DNA of 64,000 bases from Octopus bimaculoides (taxonomy: Eukaryota), in contig NC_069005.1 of assembly GCF_001194135.2 (NCBI RefSeq), forward strand, positions 3,940,690-4,004,689, given 5' to 3'. Positions 1 to 12,790 of the stretch are shown here, piece after piece. The notes beneath the pieces are model-generated. The model ran no database searches and was not told the DNA's origin. It saw nothing but the letters and a program-made list of their open reading frames with translations. Position 1 is the first letter of the stretch. Every line of letters begins with the position of its first letter. Both the position numbers and the translations under genes were made by a program.

Positions 1-550
1 GTAACAGAAGCCTGAGCATCAATATCATCCTCCAGGACAACTCAGGACTCTCATAATTGTTGTTATCAAATTAAGACCTGGACGCCATCTCGCTTATCAA
101 TGGATAGGTCAACTTGTCAACCTCGTATTCCATAAGTTTTACCTGAGGGACAATTGTAATTTAATACTGGAAGTTGGTGAGATACAGCAAATCAGCATCG
201 TCGTGGCATACGTTGGTGAGAAGTTAATATGTAAACCCTGGTTAATATTAATTATGCGGTACAGCTTTAATCATAAATTCGAAATATAGCCAGCCCATCA
301 TTGTTTTGTAGACCCTAATTAAATTGCCTCCATCACTAAAGATGGTTAGCTTGTAATAAGCAAATACACGTATCTAGGTCACAACTTCCACCCATAAATG
401 TTCAACTGTTAGACAAACATATCGCCACGGCCCATGGTATGGCTGAATATTCCGTCCACACGTGTACTCTTAACCTAATTCTCGGTCCAAATCAACATGA
501 TCCCGGGATCTTTTGAATTCCAGGTACAATCCACTCGTTGGAATTCTTCA
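1..550 (-). mobile_element. Highly degenerate LINE (RT-region) remnant
   Basis: Broken minus-strand motifs VEVVT/YVYL, WAGYIS and ARWR are reminiscent of RTE-like reverse transcriptase C-terminal motifs. There is no continuous frame. Confidence 0.25.
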
Positions 551-1599
551 TTTTACCTATACACAATGTTCCTCGTAAGGTGCAAGCTGCACTGAGATTG
601 TAGAGAATCAAACGTTTCTATGAAATTACGCAAGGTGCATCGAGATGTGACATTCCATGGTCGCCAAAGAAACCTCTTTTGCATTAAGCCATACAGTGGG
701 TAAGAGATTTTTAAAGAAATGTACACATTAGATAAATCCCGAATATGTATAAAGATAAATTTTGATATCCCAGTGTCTACACAACTTGTTTTGTCCTTGT
801 TCAAGTCAACTTATATCATATTAAAATCCGCTCAACTGAGAATTATGTCAGTGTCCGACTAGAGTCATAAGATAATTATTTATTCCTTTGTCTTAAATTT
901 TCTTATTATTGCTCATTTCTCGACAGACTCTTCGTTTAGAAGCATATGTATAAAAGTATCTGCACCAGGTTATTTGTATCGCAATGCTTAAGGAAAACGT
1001 ATATTTACACATAAATTTATACATAACACTTCGTAATGATTTTAATGTAAGACATGGTTTTCTAACAAACAATGTGTGTGAGAAGGAAAAATACAATGAT
1101 AGGAATTAATTCGTGTATATTTTTTTAATGAGCTCAATATTTTAATTTCTCAAGTATAGAACATGTCTTCGTTGTTACAAACTTGGTTTTTACCAGCTCA
1201 TCCATAACAGCGTGCGAATGATGTAATTATTAATCGCTTGTACATTACAGTATCGCATAGGAAACGAACCGTTTTACACAATGAGAATCATATGCGTCTG
1301 AGAGAACCTTATCTCCTTCCTGTATCATTGATTTCTCGTCTGTCACGTATTCAGTACAGATATTTTAAAACAGTTGTTTCTCTACAGGATGACGGTAACA
1401 GCAGTTAACATTCATTTTTATGTGATAACTATATTATACTGAATGTATAATAGTGAATGGAATGTGGTTCTGCTGTTGAATGTTGCAGACTTTCTGAAAA
1501 ATTATGCAGTTGTTTTTAGTTCTTGTCAATTCTAAAATTCAGAACTAAAATTTGATTTACGCGAATCATGGATATTCTCGCATTCTCCAAGGCATTTGC

Positions 1600-1900
1600 A
1601 TCCAGAACTACATCACGGAATATTTTGTTTATAATTCTAAAGTGAACTGGATTTTCAGAGTTATCTCGCTGCCATTTCTAGTATGTAGAGCGACCGTGTA
1701 CCAATTCCCGCATTAGAATATTAACGTAGCTACATTTACCAGTCTAGCAATATCGAGCAAGTAAGCTAAATGTTTGTTGTTTCGAATCGTATGAAACGAT
1801 TTCTGAAAGTGCTGTGCAAGATCTTTATTGCAACACAAGATCTCTTTGAACAGAATTAAAATCTACAATCAAAGAAAATAGGCGAATAACTGCTTCAGCA
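1600..1900 (-). mobile_element. Degenerate DNA transposon remnant, possibly hAT
   Basis: Minus frame QHFQKSFHTIRNNKHLAYLLDIARLVNV resembles the LAYLxDI motif of hAT transposases. A related copy lies at about 3540-3760. Confidence 0.3.
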
Positions 1901-2646
1901 ACAATGGAAAGCAAATCCATGAAGGATTGTAATTCGTGTTGTCTGACAGGAATGAAAATGATATTTTGGACAAAAGCCGTTTGATAGGTGTGACGGAAAT
2001 GACAAGCACAAATAGTGTCATTTGCTGACATTCTTGGAAGTCGATATATATTGATGCTTATCTCCATATAAAGTGTGAAGATCAAAGGCATCCCCGCTAC
2101 GACTAGGTCGTCACTTTCTTTCCAGGAGCATTTAGCAATACTTTATAGTCTACGATTCAAAATTCGGTCTCTCCATGTTATTACACAAACACACACACAT
2201 ATGTATATGTGAAACATAGGAACAAAACCAGGAATAAAAGAATCCAGACAATATCATGAATGTAAATTAACTTAGTCTGTCCCAAACTACTTCGAACTGA
2301 GTACATATATGAACAATCCGCTCCATTAGAGAACATCGCTGTCGAACATTATTCCCAAACTGAACAACTGACTTCAATAAAGCATATTTCCAATTTTTTT
2401 AAAAGCATAGTTGTCATAGGAGTAAGAATACTCTGACATGTACACGAACACACACACACGTGTGTGTGTGTGTGTTGCCCGTTCAGGTATACAGAGACAC
2501 CCTCCGTCGACCAGTGGAATTCGAAGTACAAGCGCAGCTGAAATAAGCAATATTTCGAAATCGTAGCGGTTCACTTTCTCTCTTGACATTGATGCATATG
2601 CAAGACTAAAGATATATATCACACAATCGTCAGTGAATGTCTGTGC

Positions 2647-2697
<51 letters not shown>

Positions 2698-2742
2698 GAC
2701 AGAGAGGGGGAGAGGGAGAGAGAGAGAGAGAGGGAGAGAGAA
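2647..2742. repeat. Compound (TA)n-(GA)n microsatellite
   Basis: Seen directly. Confidence 0.97.
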
Positions 2743-3539
2743 ATAGAGTGTAGCTCATTCCTGCTACAGTGTGGAAGTTACACAGAATTTACGATTGCGT
2801 TGATATATTATAGTTGTATATTCAAAACTCACTACTTTGAGATATATATGCGTGTGTCTATCAATCAATCTATCTATCTAGATGTGATTTATTTGCGCGC
2901 CTGTTTGTATGTGTGTGTGTGGGTGTGCATGTGTGCTCGTGTGTATGCATGTATGTATGTAAGCATAAACTTACTTGTGAGGTTGAATGACTTATTCGTA
3001 ACTGTTTAAACGCGCACGCATATATGTGTGTGTTTAGTCATTTAAATATACGTAAATACAAAATATATTTAGGCAGCAAGCTAACTTAGACAGATTAACA
3101 GACAACAATGACAGCAGTGAAGAGAAATATGAGTCTACTGTAAAAGTTCGATATGATATGATAGATGTATGGCTTTGTAACCTTTGACATGGAATAATAT
3201 TTCGAGATAGCTGTCAGTTAGGAGATATTATCAAACGTTATTTTTCTTTTTATCTGCTTTTGATATCTATTTGATGCATTTTCTTTATAGTTTAGTATTG
3301 TAGGCGCCCTAAGTTGGCCCTCGCTTCTTAGAGAAACACAGTTCGTGACACGGGTTTCTGTACGTTGCTACAAAGAAATTAGTTCTTTTCCGTCTTTGCT
3401 GTGGCCAATGAGTAATATACAAAGCCCATGCATGACTCCCAGCTTTCTTCAAAAAAGGCCCGTCTGTGGTTGAATATGCTGCAATTTTTCTCTTTAGTTT
3501 TCGGAAATGTGTTGCAACGAAGTGGTAAATTTATGAGGT

Positions 3540-3760
3540 ATTGAAATTTGTTTATACGCTTTTGTATTTCTAGAAGCATCTTTTCACAGATCATGGCAAT
3601 TTTAAATAACGTTAAGGCATTGATTAGTCTGTGAGTAATCCACGTAAGCAAGCTAAAAGTTTGTTGTTTCGAATCTTATCAAGAGCTTTCTGAAACTGTG
3701 GTACAAACCTTTTATAATAATACCAGAGCCCTTTGTGCAGAATTATGATCTGTATCGATT
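3540..3760 (-). mobile_element. Second diverged copy of the 1600-1900 repeat (possible hAT relic)
   Basis: gcaagctaaaagtttgttgtttcgaatcttatcaagagctttctgaaa aligns with gtaagctaaatgtttgttgtttcgaatcgtatgaaacgatttctgaaa near 1763. Minus frame reads KGLWYYYKRFVPQFQKALDKIRNNKLLAC. Confidence 0.3.
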
Positions 3761-6700
3761 CTACACTAATTTGTTTAACATAGCATAATTAAAATGAATA
3801 GCAGAAGTATCTAACACTAAGGAAAAATGGTGTTATAATCTGTTATCTGTAGTATTCAGTCTCAGGCATACGCCAATTAGATTGTAACTAATTCTCAGAA
3901 ATCACCAGGGCAAGCGATACGTAGACGATTGACTAGACAGAAACAGACGTAATGTGCCGCTGAAATTACAAGAAAAATAAAGTAGCTTGGAATAATTTAT
4001 TAATAAAAATATCCGCTTGGTCAAGGATAGAAAGCCTTAAATTAAGAGTATGAAGTGTTAGGAGAACAGGCAACGACAGGAACAATATAGCTGGTCATAA
4101 ACAACAGACACCCGCGAGTGATTGGTGTATGTTTCTTCATAGGCAGTGGTCAATCACTGCTAAAACCTGCAGATAGATTCTATTACCGATAGAGGAGAGC
4201 CACACGTGCATATATTTGGATGCAAAATGTTCGCATTTGATTGCCCATGCACACATAAGTATGCTTATATCTGGATGTCTATATCAAATGTTGCCAGTCT
4301 ACTCCAAGGGTTACGCACCACTGTGCAATAAAGAATATAACATGAATTGCAGTTTACATGTTGGCCTTAACATATGTTAAGGGATGGATTATATGTGTCT
4401 TTGCTAATTTATTTAATTAGATCAGAGAACAGAAAGTTATTAATGATGTGTGTATATAAATGCGTTTATTGTATCCTTAATTATATTAAAAAGTAACCAA
4501 TAGATTTAAGCTAAACTATACACACTCACACACACGATATTCGAGAGTCACGCACATTACTTTAGTGAATAATTAGTGATGATGTGCCGCAGATTTGATT
4601 GGGCAGCGATAAGAGTCCCGCCTTTGCTTTGCATGCTTAATCAGGAAAGTATCTTATACAACTAAGAAAGAGGTACCTATATCATTATCGAAGACGACCC
4701 GCGTGCGAAAGTTTGTGTACATCCTTTCAATTGAACTAACGTGAAACACAGAGTGATGGTCGTAAATGGTAAACACTAACTTAGCGTTTAAACGCGTTAT
4801 TTGATTGGCTAAATCTCTGATTGAATAGGAACTATACTATGAAGTTGTAGGACTTACTCGGCGTCCATATGAAACCTGGTGGTCTGTGTCTATACAAGAT
4901 CTGTTAAAACGTTATATGCAATGAATTATACTTCTACAATATACAAAATATTCTAATTCTGCAATCCTTTATAATATTTAATTGTAAAACTAAAATGGTA
5001 TTTTTTTCAAAAAGTGAATGGCTCTGGAGGTCCATCCAAGTACAATATGACTGAAAGGAATCCATAGTTAAAAATATCTGAGAACTCCTGCTATAAGCGA
5101 AACATTCCCTGGAATTTCAGTGCAGTGACTCATTAACAAATATCTCCAGAAGCCTCTTCTATGCAACGAAAATGAAACATTTGTATTTCTCTACAACGTA
5201 CACGTTAAACACATGCGCATGCACACACACAAACTCACATTTATACATAAATGTACATGCACAGAGGAGGTGGAGATGTAGAGAGATAGGGATGCGAGGT
5301 ATATACGACCTCAGGTATATGTGTATGTAAGCCTGTATATGTGTTTGTGTGTGTCTGTTTGTTAGGCGATACATAATTACGAATTTATTAATTGAACATT
5401 TCTAGAGCAAAAGGAGAAATAAATTATTACAGACAATTAATTAATTACTAAGCTTCATTATGTATTTGGTAATTTTCCTAAAGTACTAATTACTTCAAAT
5501 ATATCAGCAAATTATTTATTCTGAATATACTCAAGTGGGTATTTTTAACCGAACAGAAGCAAATGGCAACCAACTTCTTGACAAACAGACTGACGTTTAT
5601 ATTTTAAAGATTTCTATCTCGTATACCCAGTATTGACATATATTTGTATGGCTTTTCTTTTTACAGTTGCTTATAACGAATTGCGCAGCAAATATTACCA
5701 GTTCGGTAGAGAGATTTGTCATTTCAATAAAAAAAAACTAATACTTATATATGCACATTGAGACTCATTATTTATCTACAAATAAATGCCCAGTAGAGAG
5801 TGGAGGCACCGAGTTATAACCATGTCTAATATGCAGAAAAATGCATTGAAGAAATAGGACTCAGACGACTTCAAAACATACGCGAGTGAAATATTTCCGA
5901 ATGCCACAATAGTTTGTGGTTCTAAAGACAGAGAGGGTATGATTTTCTCTTTGTGATAAATTTTTGTCGTCGCAATGGAGTTCACCACAATTGTCGGCAA
6001 TTTGGGAACAGAAATTTGAGAATCATTTTGCTAACGATATGGGCGTTGGGTACCGTCTGCGATGCGGTAGTACGTCCACCTTCTGGTCATTTCGCCCCAC
6101 ACGGTTCCTCCGAGAGTGTTCTTCGTTGAGGTTCTGTGGCGGCCGGTACCTTCACTGTGAAAAGATTTGAGTGCTCAGAAAGTGCCCCGCAGGCTTGAAT
6201 ACGAAATACGAAATTATAGATATAGCCAGGCGATTTCACAAAGGCATAGCAAACACATGATTAAATGGGAGCAGTGGGTTGGCCTCCTTTTTGGTTACTT
6301 AAAAAATAAAGAAATGATTGTACCTGCATATTCCTTCCTTTTAACGCTCTTTGCCATGTTTCCTGATGGTGAGATTGAAAGCGTGGTGATCGAATTAAAA
6401 CATCTTAGCGTATATCTGTACTAGAATAGACAATGGTACGTTGAGATTAGGATGCGTTACATGACATGGGTTTAAATTTGCTAAAGACCTGCTTTCATTT
6501 CACACCTTTGTGGATATGCAAAGAAAGTAGAAGATAAGTAGGAAGTTTACGCATGATTTTAAAATTGAGACTGCAGCATTCGGCCTATTGATTTATACAA
6601 GGATACTGAAATCATATCAATCTGCTCTCAACCTGAAGTTGTTTACATCACTGCGCACAACTATTTCTAAAGACAAGACTGGAAGCGGGCGTGATTTTCC

Positions 6701-6933
6701 GCAGTCAGCTGCATCTAATTGCGAGGCGAAAACGATCGACTGCAGAAACATCGAAGCATTTGATTGTCCTTAACTGTAGCGAGCAGTATTAATTTCTTTG
6801 TCCTGCCGTTATTTTAATGCGACTAACACACGATAACTTCAATATATTAGAACATTGTGACGAACTACAGTGAACGTATAACAAGGAGACATTTCCGATA
6901 AGGTCAGTCTTCTTATTTCAAATAGGATCTACT

Positions 6934-7260
6934 TTGAATCTATCCTACAGCAATCTGAAACCGTGGGAGACAAAAAGATTATTACTAGCATGTACAATAA
7001 ATAATAGCAGAAAAGATAGCACGCAAAATTCCGTTTCTAAGGATATTAAAAGACATCTCACTCACCCAAGTGCTAGATTATGGTGGACAATGACTGGACG
7101 CAAACGATGTCAAAGGAGCTCTATCAAATGTTGTGAAATGTCAGAGAGACAAAGAGAGAACAAGTTAAACATAAGTAAGACGGTTAAGGATAGCAGTATT
7201 GTGCAAGGTCAAAAACCCGTGTCAATTGATTCTGACTCTCGTGAAAGGCCAAGCTTTCAT
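6934..7260 (+). mobile_element. Possible ancient RTE-like LINE remnant
   Basis: Fragments LSYSNLKPWET and DNDWTQTM loosely echo the LTYGxETW and DxRWTK motifs. Weak. Confidence 0.2.
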
Positions 7261-7679
7261 TGATGTGTTCTCTAAAAAGAAACTATCTTAATTGTTAGTC
7301 GGTGATCGTTGAGACGATTTAAGCAGTTACCTAAGGAAGATTTATACATTCATTGAAAAATACAACGAAAGATTTCTAAGTAGTGCATCTATATACGATT
7401 TCTTGCTGAAAAATCATTAATGAGGTGGTACAAAACGGTAATCCATTTAATATTCATGTAACATTGACTAATATTTCCATCAATTTCGTAATGTTAATAT
7501 ATTTTACTCGAATATATTTCAACTGCCAACCGACTATAATAGTCTGAACTATCGGAAATTAGTCACTCATCATGAAATGTTTTTTTTTTTCCACACCATT
7601 ACGAAGCATGCGTGTATATGTTTTAATCGGCAGAAGTTGAAAAGTAAATGAAGAGCCAAGATTGTCGTGCTAGGTAATA

Positions 7680-7719
<40 letters not shown>

Positions 7720-7974
7720 TAGACAATCAGCAAGCATTCATCATGATAATTTTTTGCATTAGTTTCTGAAACTACTATTAGTTTATTGTTTCTATGTATC
7801 CATTCTGCCAAATTTACTCTTGTTCTTTGAAAGGCTGACAAATTCTAAGAACTGGAGGTCGATAAAATCGAATTCAGGACTCTTGAAAGTTGTACCCTGT
7901 TATGGCTAGAATCCTATAGTGGAAATCATTAAAGCAACATGGAAGTATATCTGACAACAATTAGTACAATAATC

Positions 7975-8150
7975 ATATTTTCTACAATAAGCACAAGGCC
8001 TGACATTTTGTGTGAGGGGCTAGGCCACTACATCGACCTCTGTGATCAACTAGTATTTATATTATGGACCAGAAATGCAACCAACCTTGGGAGAATTTTA
8101 ATTAAGAACGTATAGCCGGACGAAATACGGATAAGCATTTTGCGAATCTG
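7975..8150 (-). mobile_element. SINE family A (tRNA-headed), degenerate copy
   Basis: Shares the gcacaaggcc...atcgacc...gacgaaatac.gataagcatttt blocks with the copy at 38726-38946. Confidence 0.65.
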
Positions 8151-8169
8151 TGAATTGGTATTTATTTTA

Positions 8170-8465
8170 TTGACTTTGATGTCTAGGGATAAAAATTGGC
8201 CATTTCCCATCTTCTATAAGGAATACTGAATGTCCTCAGACATTTCCTGGCTGACAAGAAACTCAGACACTCCCATGTTCCTGGCGATAAACGGGATTGA
8301 CTTGGAGAGATCGTTGTCAATCATGGCCTGGATCTCACCAACAAATCCAGGAGTTCTTTTACTGTCAGAACGATCAGGGTGAGTTTTCCGAGCTGCCGTA
8401 CCTTCGTAATCACAATTAAACTTATCCAACCCTTTCTGCATTTCCCGAATCTGACAATACGCGGC
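8170..8465 (-). mobile_element. Tc1/mariner-superfamily transposase fragment
   Basis: Minus-strand translation ARKTHPDRSDSKRTPGFVGEIQAMIDNDLSKSIPFIARNMGVSEFLVSQEMSEDIQYS..KMGNGQFLS is typical of the second helix-turn-helix and linker region of mariner/Tc1 transposases. Confidence 0.8.
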
Positions 8466-8466
8466 T

Positions 8467-8467
<1 letters not shown>

Positions 8468-8512
<45 letters not shown>

Positions 8513-8592
8513 TAACAATAATAATAGTAGCAATAATAATAATAATAATAATAGTAATAGCAATAATAATTATAGTGGCAATAATAATACTA
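8468..8592 (+). repeat. (AAT)n trinucleotide microsatellite with AAC/AGT/AGC variants
   Basis: Seen directly; it is the source of the poly-N and poly-L pseudo-ORFs. Confidence 0.98.
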
Positions 8593-8803
8593 ATAAAGGC
8601 ACAGGGTCAGAAATTTGAGGTGAGGGATCTAGACGATTACACCGACCCGTCTGTCTAAACAATACTTATCTACGTATTTCATCAACCTCGCAAGGATGAA
8701 TAATAAAATGGATCTAAGCGGAATTAAAACTGAGAACGTAATGACAGTCGAAACGGCGCTAAACATTTTACCCGGCATGCCTAGGATTCCGTCAGATCGG
8801 CGC
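8591..8803 (-). mobile_element. SINE family A copy with expanded (AAT)n tail on its left
   Basis: Same block order as the other family A copies; the head is at the right. Confidence 0.7.
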
Positions 8804-8960
8804 TTTAATATTAATTACGATTATCACTTACCATCAATAAAGATAACATTATGAAGGGTGGAGTTGATACATGGGTAGATTCATTTTATTTGATTTTTTT
8901 TAACGAGTTGACTATGCGTGAATTTTCGAGGCGACAATCGATTTTTAAATAAATAAATGT

Positions 8961-8984
8961 GTATATATATATATATATACACAT

Positions 8985-9050
<66 letters not shown>
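8961..9050. repeat. Compound (TA)n-(GT)n microsatellite
   Basis: Seen directly. Confidence 0.97.
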
Positions 9051-9051
<1 letters not shown>

Positions 9052-9554
9052 TGTGAGGGTGTTTCTTGTGTAAATGTGTGTAGAGCAAGATAGTTAAACT
9101 GAAATCGTGTGTAATTACAATGGATGATAAAATATAAAAACAACGATTTTTAAAAAAATAATAATAATAATTTCCTCCGCATAGCGAATAATTTATATAA
9201 TTTTTTTTTTAACTCCTGGCAATAAATAAATTGATTTATTACCAGTTAATACGTGTAATTAAAGTAATTATATTATAATTAAGCGTTATTTGATATTAAA
9301 ATTATTACTAATCTTCACCTTCAATTTTTTGAAGAAGTGAGGTTTCTTCTTTTCTTTATTGCGATTGTATGTGTATGTATTCACTGTGGCCTGTGAATGT
9401 AAATATGAGTGCATCTATATCTGTATGGGTTGGAGCGTATGTATGTTTACTTTTCATTTACGTGTTTGTTCATCATGTTGTTGTTTGCTTCTTTGTGTGA
9501 TGCGGTTCTTGATTGTAATGAAGCAACTAATAAGAAACCAGGAAAACGATAAAC

Positions 9555-9930
9555 AGCATTCATCATCATAACATCAGCATCATGACCATCATGTGGTCAC
9601 AATCATCAATGATGTCATGTAATGATCCTTATCGCAGTCATGCACTCCATTGGCATCCACCCCATTTTAGTTATCGTCATTACAATTATCACCATCGGCG
9701 ACATCAGTAATGGTGACATCATCGCCCATGTTGTTGCTTCATATTATCGATGGCACTCACCATCATCCCGTAACCATCATCATGGACATCATATTATGGC
9801 ACTACTAGTGAACATCACAATCAACATCAACAATATTATTATCCTCATCATCATAATAAAAAGAATAATGTTAATCACAATTACAACAATAATACAAAAG
9901 ATAAAATTTCATTAATACAAGTTAATCAAC
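9555..9930 (+). repeat. Degenerate (ATC/CAT)n low-complexity tract
   Basis: Repeated catcat/atcatc units. Confidence 0.85.
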
Positions 9931-10114
9931 AACGTCACAATCATAAATTATTCAAATTTTACGTCTTAAATACTTTAAGAATCTCTTCGATCATTACATT
10001 CAAATTTTTAGTATTTGTTTCTAAAATTTCATTGAAAATGTTTGCGTTTGTTTAAGACATTTGTTAATGTAATACAAAGAACTAAAACTGATAATTGAAA
10101 TAAGTGATAGTAAA

Positions 10115-10260
10115 TGTGGGCAGTCTTCTAGTTAGTGGTGTTGGTCAAAATATGAGACTGGGATCAATTCCTTGATGGGATTGCGTACTGTGCCCTTGAG
10201 CCAAACATTTTATTCCGCATTCCTCCAATCCACTGATGTGAAATAAGACGAATGCACGCC
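10115..10260 (+). mobile_element. SINE family C-like, degenerate
   Basis: ggatcaattcc...tgtgcccttgagccaaacattt...ctccaatccact. Confidence 0.45.
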
Positions 10261-12654
10261 TCCTTCCCTCCCCCTAGGAGAGGACGGATGATATGTTACA
10301 AAGTCTAAAATAATTTGTATCAATAACAATTTAAAGTATGGCATATACCCTGAATCACTGGCCAAACAGGCTGTCCTGGGTTTTGGTAAAACGAAGGGCA
10401 TAATGCAAATGTTTGGTTAATTTCCTAAGACACAAACGTGTAATTTGAGGGACATTTGACAGCTATTTCTAGAAAATTCTTTGAGGAATAGTTATTCATC
10501 TGTTGTTTTCTAGACTCAAATCTTGATGCTATAAACCTAACATTTTTGTGTATCCAACAATAGGTTATTACTGCAATGCACTTCGTATATCTTTCGAGCT
10601 TGAAGAATGTGATTAAGGGAATGTTTAACTGTCATTTCTAGGAGGGTTCATTTGACCAAATAACATTTCCCATCGTTTGTCAACATTTCTCCGTTGCTGC
10701 TTGTTGATATTTTTTATTTGTGTTAAAGGTGGAGAGTGCGTATAATTGTCTCCACACTGGACAACAAGTTGAGCGGCATTTCGTCTCAGTTCAAATTCTC
10801 ACGAGGTTAACACGCTTTCGTATTCGAGAGAAAAATACCAGTTGTACACTGATATTAATGTAAGCGAGTTACGCTATCATCTAAAAAAATTTCAGACCTA
10901 TTAATTGTCAATTTATGAAACTGGCAGATCTCTCAGCATGTATTCACAGAATTACGGATGACCAACAGTTAAATTATTACACCTGGTTTATATACAAACC
11001 GCCAGAAAGTGATGGAGCAGCGCACCAACTAAATCTGTTCCCAAGATAACACTTTCTACGTGTGTTTTATGACTACATTTATTAATGTCCCTTCGTTATT
11101 AAAGACTATTTAGTGGACGATATTTAGGTGCTATTTCTAGTATATTTCCTGGCACCTTATTTTGAGTGTATTTAATGATCGGTTTTGTTGCTATTCAACA
11201 GACGAATACCAACTCGACACCGACAGGGTACGTCTAAGGTCAGAGATACGCCAAATGTAACCGTTCCTTTTATTTATAACTCTAAAACTAGATCGTGCAA
11301 TTTATCCCCTAAAAGAGACAGTGGTTGGTGTTGTTCAGTGAGAGACTTTGGCTTCTGTTTTTCAGTAAATCCTGCGACTAGATAGAGCTCGAATAGTCAG
11401 CTTCTTATATCTCATTACAGTGGTGTTGCTGGCTGCTAATATTTTTTCTGCTGTCAATTAGGAACATTGAATCGCTGTTGTTGAATTGCATGGATGATGA
11501 AAACAAATAAAAGATAAATTATATTAGTGTTTGTAATAAATAAATAATGAGACAAAGAGAAAGAAATGGATAGAAAGAAACAAAAGAAATTGTAACGCAA
11601 TCATTGTGCCAAGCTTATTCACGTCCGCTGCGTTCTCTTTGAGATGAATTACTAATGGCCAAAGTATCACATTGTGGAATCGTTCATTAAACCATTTCCT
11701 CATTACTAATTAGTAAGAGACATCAACATCAGCTCTAATGAAATATCATGACAAATGAGATGAAGATCTAAAACGAGCTGAAACACACACAGGCATACAG
11801 ACATCTTGACGCTAAGATTTCGCTTTATTTTATAATACAGTGTATTTGTTTCCAGCGAACTAATGTATGGGTCAGTGCATTTATGACGTCGGGTGTGACA
11901 ATGTGTAACAAAAGAGGAGTGTCTGAGGAATTTGGGCGAAAGAAATTCCGCTGGATTTGTTCAACGCACCGATTTATACACACACACATATATATATATA
12001 AGGTACTTGTCGAAAGAACTTTCTGAATCATATACTCTTGTGAATGAAATCAGTATAAATAGCATAGAAAAATGTTATTGCACGAATACTGTCCCACAAT
12101 CATTTAAAATGTTTATATACATAATTTTGGGAGTAGCAGATCTCAAAACAGATGAAGCTGTAATAGCATATGAACATTGGTTTAAAATATCAATCGAATC
12201 ACCCATATTTCCAGAGGGGAACTGTACGAACCCCAAAGATTTCTGCTCAACACATGGCCATGGTGCTCCCCCAACTACTTCTGCTTTTGATCAGAGATAG
12301 CCATGTCATCACCCACCAATGGACAAGCACAAATGGTAACAGACAGCCAACTCACAAGCAAATTTGTGGGATTCAGCAGAATATTTCCTTTAGACAATCA
12401 TTTACATCAAGACAAAATACGTACAAGATAACACTTCCAATCAGTTAAGATGAGAAGCCATGAAGGCCATGCTTGTTATTGCAAGAGGGAATTTACCTTA
12501 TCTTTCGTCCATTCAGGGACCGGACCGATGAATTAAGTAGCGTTTGAGAACTGGGGTCGATGTAATCGACTATTGTCCACCCACAAATTTTCAAGCCGTG
12601 TGGAGTATTGTAAATGCAGATGTAGCATAAATGCAGAAAGTATATTATTATTTA

Positions 12655-12790
12655 TTCCGCTGAGGTCGACTTTACCCTTCATCCTTTCGGGGTCTATAAA
12701 TTGAGAACCAGTTGCGTACTGCGGTTGATCTAATCGACTGACCCCCTCCCCCAAAATTACGAGCCTTGTGCCTAGATTAAAAAAGGTTAT
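12655..12790 (+). mobile_element. SINE family A, 3' two-thirds (further fragments at about 12490-12575 and 12975-13070)
   Basis: ccgctgaggtcgactttacccttcatcctttcggggtc...gtactgcggttgatctaatcgactgaccccctcccccaaaatt...ccttgtgcctag followed by an (ATT)-like tail. Confidence 0.8.

Noticed and set aside
2449-2475. (CA)n-(TG)n perfect palindrome
   Set aside because: It is a trivial product of adjacent complementary microsatellites.
5667-5705. Good acceptor and short phase-1 open frame (AYNELRSKYYQF)
   Set aside because: The donor is weak and the peptide does not fit upstream of VHA. It could be a UTR exon but is unsupported.
8321-8618. Poly-Leu and poly-Asn ORFs
   Set aside because: They are translations of the (AAT)n microsatellite.
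9622-9915. His/Ile-rich 97-aa ORF
   Set aside because: It is a degenerate (ATC)n tract with no ATG-supported start or splice support.
11416-11510. Acceptor followed by WCCWLLIFFLLSIRNIES (leader-like)
   Set aside because: There is no ATG and no phase-1 donor before the stop.
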